From Pseudomonadota bacterium (GTDB taxonomy: Bacteria; Desulfobacterota; JADFVX01), in assembly GCA_015222755.1 (NCBI GenBank), contig JADFVX010000100.1:1-52879 (forward strand): a stretch of 52,879 nt of DNA, given 5' to 3'. The notes under the pieces were generated by a model, which made no database searches, was not told the origin of the DNA, and was given only the letters and a program-made list of their open reading frames with translations. Of this stretch, positions 45,822 to 52,879 are shown in pieces; position 1 is the first letter of the stretch, and every line of letters starts with the position of its first letter. The position numbers and the translations under genes were made by a program.

Positions 45822-46472
45822 ATGGACACGAATTCTATAGAGAAGGCTTACAAGCGTTACGCGAACATCTATGACCTTACCTTTGACAGGATCTTTCATC
45901 ATGGAAGGGAGCTGTCTGCCGGTCTTCTTGAACCCATGCCGGGTGATAGAATACTTGAGGTCGGTGTAGGGACCGGTCTTACGCTACCCTTCTTTCCCGA
46001 TGAATGTCAGATCACCGGCATAGACCTTTCCGAACATATGCTGACCAAGGCGCATCAGAAGGTCGCCTCTCATGGGATGAAGAATGTAGAGGTGATTCAG
46101 ATGGACGCTATGAAGATGGATTTTCCAGACAATCACTTTGACTCAGTAATTGCAGCCTACGTGATAAGTGTCGTCCCAGACCCTGTCTGTGTTTTAAAGG
46201 AGATGCTACGTGTTTGCAAGAAGGGTGGAAGGGTGGTTTTTATAAACCACTTCCAATGTGACAACCGACTTATATCCTCGCTGGAGCGGCTTGTCTCTCC
46301 TCTTTCCAGGCACCTTGGATTCAAGACCGATCTGGAACTTGAACCTCTACTATCCCAGGTACCTGAACTTTCTGTTCAAAAGGTGGAGGGTGTCAATCTT
46401 TATAATTACTGGAAGGTGGTTCAGGGTATCAACAATAAGGATGCTACTGCTAAAGAGGGAGTAAATTGCTGA
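45822..46472 (+). CDS. class I SAM-dependent methyltransferase (possibly phospholipid N-methyltransferase-like)
   Basis: It has 'YANIYDLTFDRIFHHGR' followed by motif I 'ILEVGVGTGLTLPFF'. The resemblance to Rhodobacter-type PmtA is from memory only. Confidence 0.7.
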   Translation: MDTNSIEKAYKRYANIYDLTFDRIFHHGRELSAGLLEPMPGDRILEVGVGTGLTLPFFPDECQITGIDLSEHMLTKAHQKVASHGMKNVEVIQMDAMKMDFPDNHFDSVIAAYVISVVPDPVCVLKEMLRVCKKGGRVVFINHFQCDNRLISSLERLVSPLSRHLGFKTDLELEPLLSQVPELSVQKVEGVNLYNYWKVVQGINNKDATAKEGVNC

Positions 46473-46499
46473 TGTGGTTTATTTTGAAGAGAGCTGGCT

Positions 46500-47621
46500 T
46501 TGTTTGGTAAGAGCATAAGAATTGCCCGCATATTCGGGATATCCATCGAGCTTGACTTCAGCTGGTTCATAATCTTTTTCATCGTCGCATGGAGTCTATC
46601 CATGGGCTATTTCCCCTATTATTATCCTGAGATTGCTAAAAAGCACTACTGGCTTATGGGGATGATTGCCTCGCTGCTACTTTTTCTTTCAGTCCTTTTA
46701 CACGAACTTTCACATTCCTACATAGCCTTGAAAAACAGGCTCCCGATTAAAAGCATTACCCTCTTTATCTTTGGCGGTGTGGCCACTATGTCGGAGGAAC
46801 CGCATTCTCCCGGCGTTGAGTTCCGCGTTGCACTGGCCGGGCCTGCCTGCAGTTTTTTTCTTATGTTTATCTTCAAAGCCCTCGCAATTTGTGTCCCCGA
46901 GGGGAGTGAGGCCTATGCAGTTTTCAGGTATGCAGCCTATATAAACGGATTTCTTGCCATCTTCAATCTCATACCCGGCTTTCCACTCGATGGCGGGAGG
47001 CTCCTTCGTTCTGCCATGTGGCATTTTACAGGAGACTTTAAAAGAGCCACCTTTACAGCCAGCAATATAGGCAAGGGTTTTGCCTTTTTCCTGATAACTC
47101 TCGGTTTGCTACAGGTTGTGACGGGCAACGCTTTTAACGGTCTCTGGCTGATACTTATCGGATATTTCCTTAAAAATGCCGCTGCCAGCAGTTACCGACA
47201 AGTCCTTATCAAGGAGATGATATCGGGCCTTACCGTTGAAAAGGTGATGAACCGGGGTGTCATAAGCATTACAGAGAACAGCCTTTTAAGCGAAGTGCTG
47301 GATGATTACTTTGTGCGTTATCATGTCGAGAGTTTTCCCGTCCTTTCCGGTGAAAGACTTGCCGGTGTCATAAATATGAAAATGGTCAAGGCTGTAAAAA
47401 AAGAAAGCTGGGGAGAAGTGAGGGTTTCGGATGTAATGACAAGGGCCCTTGACGGCTTTGTTCTTTCGCCGGAGGACAGTATTGATTTTGTGCTGCGCAG
47501 GATGGTGGAAGAGGGCTCTGGCTGGTTTATTGTCTTGTCGGAAAGGCACGAGGTCGTCGGCGTGCTGACAAGGAGCGACATCATGCACCTTCTCAAGATA
47601 AAGAGCAGTCTTGACGAATAG
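46500..47621 (+). CDS. site-2 protease (M50) with C-terminal CBS pair
   Basis: It has a TTG start, the 'HELSHSY' HExxH motif in a TM segment, the 'NLIPGFPLDGGR' LDG motif, and two CBS-like repeats at the C-terminus. Confidence 0.85.
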   Translation: MFGKSIRIARIFGISIELDFSWFIIFFIVAWSLSMGYFPYYYPEIAKKHYWLMGMIASLLLFLSVLLHELSHSYIALKNRLPIKSITLFIFGGVATMSEEPHSPGVEFRVALAGPACSFFLMFIFKALAICVPEGSEAYAVFRYAAYINGFLAIFNLIPGFPLDGGRLLRSAMWHFTGDFKRATFTASNIGKGFAFFLITLGLLQVVTGNAFNGLWLILIGYFLKNAAASSYRQVLIKEMISGLTVEKVMNRGVISITENSLLSEVLDDYFVRYHVESFPVLSGERLAGVINMKMVKAVKKESWGEVRVSDVMTRALDGFVLSPEDSIDFVLRRMVEEGSGWFIVLSERHEVVGVLTRSDIMHLLKIKSSLDE

Positions 47622-48306
47622 GCGCATATTGAAAATAGGTCACCGCGGTGCATGTGCTTATGCTCCTGAAAACACCCTTGCCTCCTTTGCAAAGGCGCTG
47701 GAACTAGGTGTTGACATGATCGAGCTTGATATTTTTTGCTGCCGGAGTGGTGAGCTTGTTGTCATACATGATGAAAGTGTTGACAGGACGACAAATGGCA
47801 AAGGCCTTGTGGTCGAAATGGACTATGACACTTTGTGCCAGTTTGATGCCGGTGGCGGGGAAAAGATCCCCCTTTTGTCGGAAGTCTTCGATCTCGCTGA
47901 AAGAAGGGTAAAAATAAACATAGAGATTAAGGGGAAATCTGTTGCTGCTCCCCTTGTCGCGCTTATTGATAAATATGTCAGGGGAAAGGGCTGGAGCTAT
48001 GACGATTTCCTTGTTTCCTCCTTCGACCATTCCCAGTTGCAGGACGTTCGCAGAATAAACGGGCAGCTCAGAATAGGTGCTAATATTGACTCGTGCGATA
48101 CAAATTATGGCTACCTGCTGGAAGGACAGGCTCTCTATTCTATTCACCCCTCAATCGACATGGTAGACCGCTTGTTTGTAGAGGATGCCCATCACAAGGG
48201 CCTGAAGGTCTTTGTCTGGACTGTTGTTGAAGCGGAAGATATCGAGCGGCTTAAAGAATTTGGTGTAGATGGCATGTTTTTGAATCATCCCGACAGGCTG
48301 GAGTGA
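47611..48306 (+). CDS. glpQ: glycerophosphodiester phosphodiesterase
   Basis: 'GHRGA...PENTL.SF..A...G.D.IE.D' and 'VIHD..VDRTT.G' are GDPD signatures. The TTG start overlaps the S2P stop. Confidence 0.85.
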   Translation: MTNRRILKIGHRGACAYAPENTLASFAKALELGVDMIELDIFCCRSGELVVIHDESVDRTTNGKGLVVEMDYDTLCQFDAGGGEKIPLLSEVFDLAERRVKINIEIKGKSVAAPLVALIDKYVRGKGWSYDDFLVSSFDHSQLQDVRRINGQLRIGANIDSCDTNYGYLLEGQALYSIHPSIDMVDRLFVEDAHHKGLKVFVWTVVEAEDIERLKEFGVDGMFLNHPDRLE

Positions 48307-48503
48307 TTTTTGACGAGGTGCTTGCAGCATGCCACGCTTTGTAAGCAGGGGGTGGATGCAAACTATAAAAATTATAAGCAACCTTACTCAGATGCCTTGA
48401 CTTGCGGGCGGGGAGCATCACTAAAAAACTTTTTCCTTCTGGAATTATTCTGCTATACTGCGGTGGTTAATTTGGTCTTGAAAATAATTTTCAGAGGGAA
48501 GTA

Positions 48504-49169
48504 TTGGAAAGTTTTCTTGTCGTAGATGATGAACCTGTGTTGACCCGCCTTTATGAAGACTGCATAAGGGAGAAGTATCCTGATGCCCTTGTCACCAAAG
48601 CATCGAATGGTGAAGAAGCTATGGCAAAAGTCCGACGGGAGGAATTCTCCCTTATCCTTTCAGATCTTATTATGCCTGTTATGGATGGTATAGATTTCTA
48701 TAAGGCACTCAAGTTGGGATATCCGGAAATGTCTAATAAGATCGGTTTTATCTCGGGAAGTTCTGACAAGGAACATTTTTCTTTTCTTGCAGATGAAGGA
48801 AGGCCTGTTATTTCCAAGCCGTTTAAGAAAGAGGTTTTTAACGTGTTCGTAGATGAAAATCTGCTGCTTGGAAAAACCAAACCCGCAGCTTTGGATTATA
48901 AGTGTGTTCGGCAGTCTGCAAGGCTCCGCTATATCGACAGTTGTCTTTTGAAACCTGTTACAGGTGTTTTAGCTTATTCTGCTGTATGTGGTTTCACTGA
49001 AGATTATTCAAATGGTGGATTTAGGCTGAGGCACGAAGGAGACACCCTGAATTCTGGGACCCTCATGAAGGTCTTTATCCATACCCTTGGTGTTGTCAGC
49101 AGGGAGGCAAGGGTCGTCTGGTCTTCCGCAATGGGCACTACCGTAACGACAGGTCTTCAGTGGGTCTAG
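48504..49169 (+). CDS. REC-PilZ two-domain protein (candidate c-di-GMP receptor)
   Basis: The TTG start has GAGGGAAG 4 nt upstream. The receiver has 'FLVVDDEP' and 'LILSDLIMPVMDG'. The C-terminal part carries 'RQSAR' (RxxxR) followed 26 residues later by 'DYSNGG' (DxSxxG), which are the PilZ c-di-GMP binding motifs. Confidence 0.72.
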   Translation: MESFLVVDDEPVLTRLYEDCIREKYPDALVTKASNGEEAMAKVRREEFSLILSDLIMPVMDGIDFYKALKLGYPEMSNKIGFISGSSDKEHFSFLADEGRPVISKPFKKEVFNVFVDENLLLGKTKPAALDYKCVRQSARLRYIDSCLLKPVTGVLAYSAVCGFTEDYSNGGFRLRHEGDTLNSGTLMKVFIHTLGVVSREARVVWSSAMGTTVTTGLQWV

Positions 49170-49334
49170 TCCATTAGTATTTTCTCTTATTTCCCCACCA
49201 GACGTTTTTGTGCTTTTATAACAGACTTCTGCCTGCCTTTGAATCAATGTTGAAAACATGCTATCTTTACTTACTGGGCATATAGTACCCAGCCCCCGTA
49301 TATTTATAGTTCCTATATTCAGGAGTAGTCTTTA

Positions 49335-52013
49335 ATGAATTGGCATGCCCTTAAGGCCGCTGAACTTTTAGACCATCTGGAGGTCAGTGCCGAGAAAGGA
49401 CTGAGCGAAGAAGATGCAGGGCACAGGCTTGCTCAGTATGGCTCCAACGAGTTGGAGGTTGAATCCGGGCAGTCAGTACTGCAGCTTATTTTGGCCCAGT
49501 TTAAAGACAGCCTCATCATTATTCTCTTTATTGCGTCCCTTCTGTCTTTCATTATTGGTGAGCCATTTGATGCAGGACTTATCCTCTTGATCGTACTCTT
49601 TTCCGCCGGTCTCGGCTTTTTTCAGGGCTTTCGTGCTGAAAAAGCCATTGAGTCACTGCGAAATATGATCCTGCCTGAAACTACTGTTCTTCGTGATGGC
49701 CGAGAGAAAACGCTTAAGTCTGCAGAAGTTGTTCCGGGAGATATTCTGATACTCAGGGCTGGGGACTGTGTTCCTGCCGACGCCCGCCTGCTTGAAGAGT
49801 ACTCCCTCTGCTCTGATGAGGCCTCACTTACAGGTGAGTCGCTTCCCGTTGAGAAGTCCGATGCTTTGCTGCCTGATGCAACGCTGCTTGCCGACCGGGT
49901 AAATATGCTTTTTTCCGGGACTGTCATAACTTACGGGCGGGGCAAGGCGCTTGTTGTTTCAACGGGCAGGCTTACAGAACTGGGTAAGATAGCAGCAGAG
50001 GTAAAAACAATAGAGGTAGAAAAGACACCTCTTGAATTGCGGACCCAGGAGGTTGGGAAATGGCTTGGAATAATATCTGTAATTGTATGTTCTTCTGTTG
50101 CCGGGATAGGTATTGTCAGAGAACTCTTTGCCGGTGATTTGACCTTTCAATTTGTCTTGAACATATTTATGTTTTCTGTTGCCCTTGCTGTGGCCGCAGT
50201 CCCTGAGGCCCTTGTTGCCATCGTTACCGGAACACTTGCAATAGGTATGCGGGAGATGGCAGCCAATAACGCCATTGTGCGAAAGATGCCTGCAGTAGAG
50301 ACGCTTGGCTGCGTTACCGTTATCTGTTCAGACAAGACAGGGACGCTGACCAAAGGAGAGATGACTGTGGTCCGTATTTATGCTGAAGGCCGCTTCTTCG
50401 ATATTGGGGGTGTGGGTTATGAGCCTGTCGGAAAAATTGGCCGGCAGCCCGGTGATGAAGTCGCCCTGTCTCCTTTTATCAGGGCAGGCATTCACTGTAA
50501 TGATGCCCGCCTTTTTTATGAGGGAGGGAAGTGGAACATCTCCGGCTCGCCAACAGAGGGTGCAATGATAGTGCTTGCGGAAAAGGCCGGTTTTGACGTC
50601 TCCTCAGAAAGGGAGAAGCTGTCCCGCCTGGATGAGATACCCTTCAGTTCCGAAAGGAAGCTCATGTCTACCGTACATCGCATGCCGGAAAGGGAGAAGC
50701 TTCTTTTTATGAAAGGTGCTCCCGAACGGGTTATTGAACGATGCATATATGAAATAAAGGATGGCCTTCCAGGAGTCATTGATGAGATGAAACGAAGGGA
50801 ATTGCTGGATATGGCGGAGTCAATGGCAAGTGAAGGATTGCGCGTGATAGCGCTGGCTGAAAAACGTTTTTCAGGGACTGCCAAAACAGCGGAAGAGAAT
50901 ATGACCTTTCTCGGGTTTGCGGGACTTCTCGATCCTCCACGGGCAGAGGCGGCAAGCTCGGTAGAAAAATGCCGTGAAGTGGGCATAAGGCCGGTAATGA
51001 TAACCGGTGACCACAGTCTGACGGCACTTGCCGTTGCCAAAAAAGTCGGCATATACCAAAGTGGAGACCAGCTTCTTTCAGGAAGTGAACTTGAGGCTTT
51101 GTCCGATGATGCCTTTGAAGATATGGTTGAAGATGTAAGCGTCTATGCACGCGTTTCCCCATTGGATAAATTGCGCATCATAAGGGCCTGGAAAAAGAAG
51201 GGGCATGTGGTAGCCATGACCGGTGATGGTGTAAATGACGCCCCGGCACTTAAGCAGGCCGATATAGGCGTTGCCATGGGGATCACAGGCACGGAGGTCT
51301 CCAGGGAGGCTGCCGACATGGTTCTTGCCGATGATAATTTTGCCTCTATCGTAAAGGCAGTGGAGCAAGGCCGCTGGATATATGACAATATCAAGAAGTA
51401 TCTTGTCTATCTTCTGGAGTCGAACGTTGTAGAGGTTATTGTTATCGGTGGAGTTGCTCTTCTGAAGGGGGAACAGTTTCTTCCTCTCCTGCCTGCTGCT
51501 ATCTTATACCTAAATCTCATAACGGACGGGCTTCCTGCACTTGCCCTGGGTATAGCACCACCTGAGCCGGATATCATGAAGCGTCCTCCGAGGTCGCCGG
51601 GAGAGTCAGTTTTTTCAAGGGAGGTTGTTACCTTCATCTCTGTTATAGCATTTATTAACGTGCCCTTCTTTTTCTGGCTCTTCTTCCGTGAAGATGCCCT
51701 GCTTACGGCCCGTACAGACCTTTTCTTCATATTCATACTTGTAGAACTTGTCCTGGCGCTGAATCTTCGTTCACTTCGCTTCAGCAGTTTCAGATTCCCG
51801 CCGCACCGCCTGCTTGTAGTCTCTGTAGCCTTGAGTCTTGCCATTACATTCTATGCAATGAGTTTTGATGCAGTAAGGTCTGCCTTCGGTGTTGCAGTGC
51901 CGGGAATGGAACTTGCCGGTATTGGGTTTATAATTGGCCTTGTTGTTACCATCGCTATTGAGTTAGTCAAGTGGCTACTTAGGAGAAAAGATGCAGGGAC
52001 TTTAGTTGCTTAA
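49335..52013 (+). CDS. P2-type cation-transporting ATPase (Ca2+/Mg2+-ATPase-like)
   Basis: 892 aa with an N-terminal cation-ATPase domain. It has 'TGES', 'CSDKTGTLT', 'MITGD' and 'TGDGVNDAPALK', and about 10 TM segments. Confidence 0.93.
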   Translation: MNWHALKAAELLDHLEVSAEKGLSEEDAGHRLAQYGSNELEVESGQSVLQLILAQFKDSLIIILFIASLLSFIIGEPFDAGLILLIVLFSAGLGFFQGFRAEKAIESLRNMILPETTVLRDGREKTLKSAEVVPGDILILRAGDCVPADARLLEEYSLCSDEASLTGESLPVEKSDALLPDATLLADRVNMLFSGTVITYGRGKALVVSTGRLTELGKIAAEVKTIEVEKTPLELRTQEVGKWLGIISVIVCSSVAGIGIVRELFAGDLTFQFVLNIFMFSVALAVAAVPEALVAIVTGTLAIGMREMAANNAIVRKMPAVETLGCVTVICSDKTGTLTKGEMTVVRIYAEGRFFDIGGVGYEPVGKIGRQPGDEVALSPFIRAGIHCNDARLFYEGGKWNISGSPTEGAMIVLAEKAGFDVSSEREKLSRLDEIPFSSERKLMSTVHRMPEREKLLFMKGAPERVIERCIYEIKDGLPGVIDEMKRRELLDMAESMASEGLRVIALAEKRFSGTAKTAEENMTFLGFAGLLDPPRAEAASSVEKCREVGIRPVMITGDHSLTALAVAKKVGIYQSGDQLLSGSELEALSDDAFEDMVEDVSVYARVSPLDKLRIIRAWKKKGHVVAMTGDGVNDAPALKQADIGVAMGITGTEVSREAADMVLADDNFASIVKAVEQGRWIYDNIKKYLVYLLESNVVEVIVIGGVALLKGEQFLPLLPAAILYLNLITDGLPALALGIAPPEPDIMKRPPRSPGESVFSREVVTFISVIAFINVPFFFWLFFREDALLTARTDLFFIFILVELVLALNLRSLRFSSFRFPPHRLLVVSVALSLAITFYAMSFDAVRSAFGVAVPGMELAGIGFIIGLVVTIAIELVKWLLRRKDAGTLVA

Positions 52014-52075
52014 TCAATACCAATCTGATATAAACATGCTCTGTTTTGCTTGTATTCTCAGGTGAGTCCATTTTT

Positions 52076-52819
52076 ATGCACAAATATATTATTTTTGCCA
52101 TGCTTTCACTTTTCATTTCCCACCTTTCGCCTGTTCATGCAGCTACGGCTATTGAGACAATTACCGGCATAAAGGAAGAAGTCTACGACGATGATTTTGA
52201 TCTTGAAGATGAGTTTGAAGACCCTTCTGAAACGGAAAAATTTGATCCTCTTAGCGGCTACAACCGCTTTATGACCAGGGTGAACGACAAGCTTTACTTC
52301 TGGGCACTAAAACCCGTTGCCAGGGGCTATAAAAAGGTAGTGCCGGAAACGGGCCGTGTGGCCATTAACCGCTTCTTTAACAACCTGCTCTTCCCTGTTC
52401 GTTTTGTCAATAATGTGCTACAGTTTAAGATTAAGGAGGCAGGTACGGAACTTGGCCGTTTTTGTCTCAACACTACTGTAGGCATACTGGGATTCAGGGA
52501 CCCTGCAAAAGACTGGCTCGGTCTTGAGGCTTATCCCGAGGACTTTGGCCAGACACTTGGGCATTACGGTATAGGAAGCGGCTTTCACATAGTTCTTCCC
52601 ATCCTGGGCCCCTCAAACCTTCGTGATGCTATTGCCCTTGTTCCGGACCACTTTCTCGATCCCGTTACATACGTAAAGGATGATGAGTCTGAGGTCGGCA
52701 TACGCGCCTTTAATACAATCAACTACAGTTCGCTGCATATCGGTGAATATGAGAGCCTGAAGAAGGATGCCCTGGACCTTTATACCTTCCTCAGGGATGC
52801 CTATGAACAAAAACGATAA
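52076..52819 (+). CDS. mlaA: MlaA/VacJ family lipoprotein
   Basis: Start moved to ATG 52076 (AGGTGAG upstream). 'DPLSGYNRFM...N...........VA.GY', 'NNLLFPVRFVN' and 'NTTVGILGF.DPA' match MlaA/VacJ. Confidence 0.85.
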   Translation: MHKYIIFAMLSLFISHLSPVHAATAIETITGIKEEVYDDDFDLEDEFEDPSETEKFDPLSGYNRFMTRVNDKLYFWALKPVARGYKKVVPETGRVAINRFFNNLLFPVRFVNNVLQFKIKEAGTELGRFCLNTTVGILGFRDPAKDWLGLEAYPEDFGQTLGHYGIGSGFHIVLPILGPSNLRDAIALVPDHFLDPVTYVKDDESEVGIRAFNTINYSSLHIGEYESLKKDALDLYTFLRDAYEQKR

Positions 52820-52839
52820 AAGGATATAAAGGAATAGAC

Positions 52840-52879
52840 ATGAAAAGGCTTCTAATCTTATCACTATGCATACTGCTCC
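52840..52879 (+). CDS. 5' end of a secreted/lipoprotein gene, partial
   Basis: ATG 52840 has AAGGA upstream. 'MKRLLILSLCILL' looks like a signal peptide. The ORF is truncated by the window edge. Confidence 0.3.
   Translation, partial: MKRLLILSLCILL

Noticed and set aside
48440-48453. Sigma54-like TGG-N8-TGC upstream of the REC-PilZ gene
   Set aside because: The GG to GC distance is one base too short, and the flanking bases do not match the consensus (TGGaat / cTGCt).
1-52879. Search for CRISPR arrays, tRNA/rRNA genes, IS elements, integrases, phage or classical defence genes, and toxin-antitoxin pairs
   Set aside because: I found no direct-repeat/spacer periodicity, no cloverleaf-like GC-rich ~75-nt islands in intergenic regions, no transposase-, integrase- or nuclease-like ORFs, and no terminal inverted repeats. 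The window is core-genome-like throughout.

Overview
The window reads as ordinary chromosomal DNA from a Gram-negative anaerobe. A Desulfobacterota-like origin is my inference from gene content (Na+-pumping biotin decarboxylase, nifR3-ntrBC, many PAS/GAF/GGDEF sensors). It is densely coding, with about 55 credible CDS. I found no rRNA, tRNA, CRISPR array, transposase, integrase or phage gene.

Clear housekeeping blocks:
- pabB(3' end)-pabC
- clpB
- a complete yceD-rpmF-plsX-fabH-fabI-fabD-fabG-acpP-fabF-rpiB operon; rpmF is 59 aa and therefore absent from the supplied ORF track
- oadG-oadB-oadA
- ubiX-rimO
- a very tightly packed co-directional run: dusB(nifR3)-ntrB-ntrC-thiE-thiD-suhB-methyltransferase-S2P protease-glpQ
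- a P-type cation ATPase and mlaA

Less ordinary regions:
1. A translationally coupled hemerythrin / DUF2249 / His-repeat membrane protein / orphan secreted protein module (997-4452).
2. An ArsR-regulated MMPL-type RND exporter with a LolA-like periplasmic protein and a beta-barrel, but no adaptor gene (11647-16764).
3. A minus-strand signalling island (16783-22794) holding REC-GGDEF, an output-less membrane GAF protein, a Cache/PAS hybrid kinase, Hpt and REC, plus a stranded receiver-domain fragment.
4. A decayed, frameshifted copy of the 3' end of the GGDEF gene at 9515, lying about 30 kb away (39816-39935) beside two orphan small ORFs.
5. A REC-PilZ c-di-GMP receptor candidate (48504-49169).

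I see no recognisable defence or mobile system. The candidates for something new are modules 1 and 2 and the output-less GAF protein. All three are inferences from motifs I recognised by eye and need HMM or structure searches.
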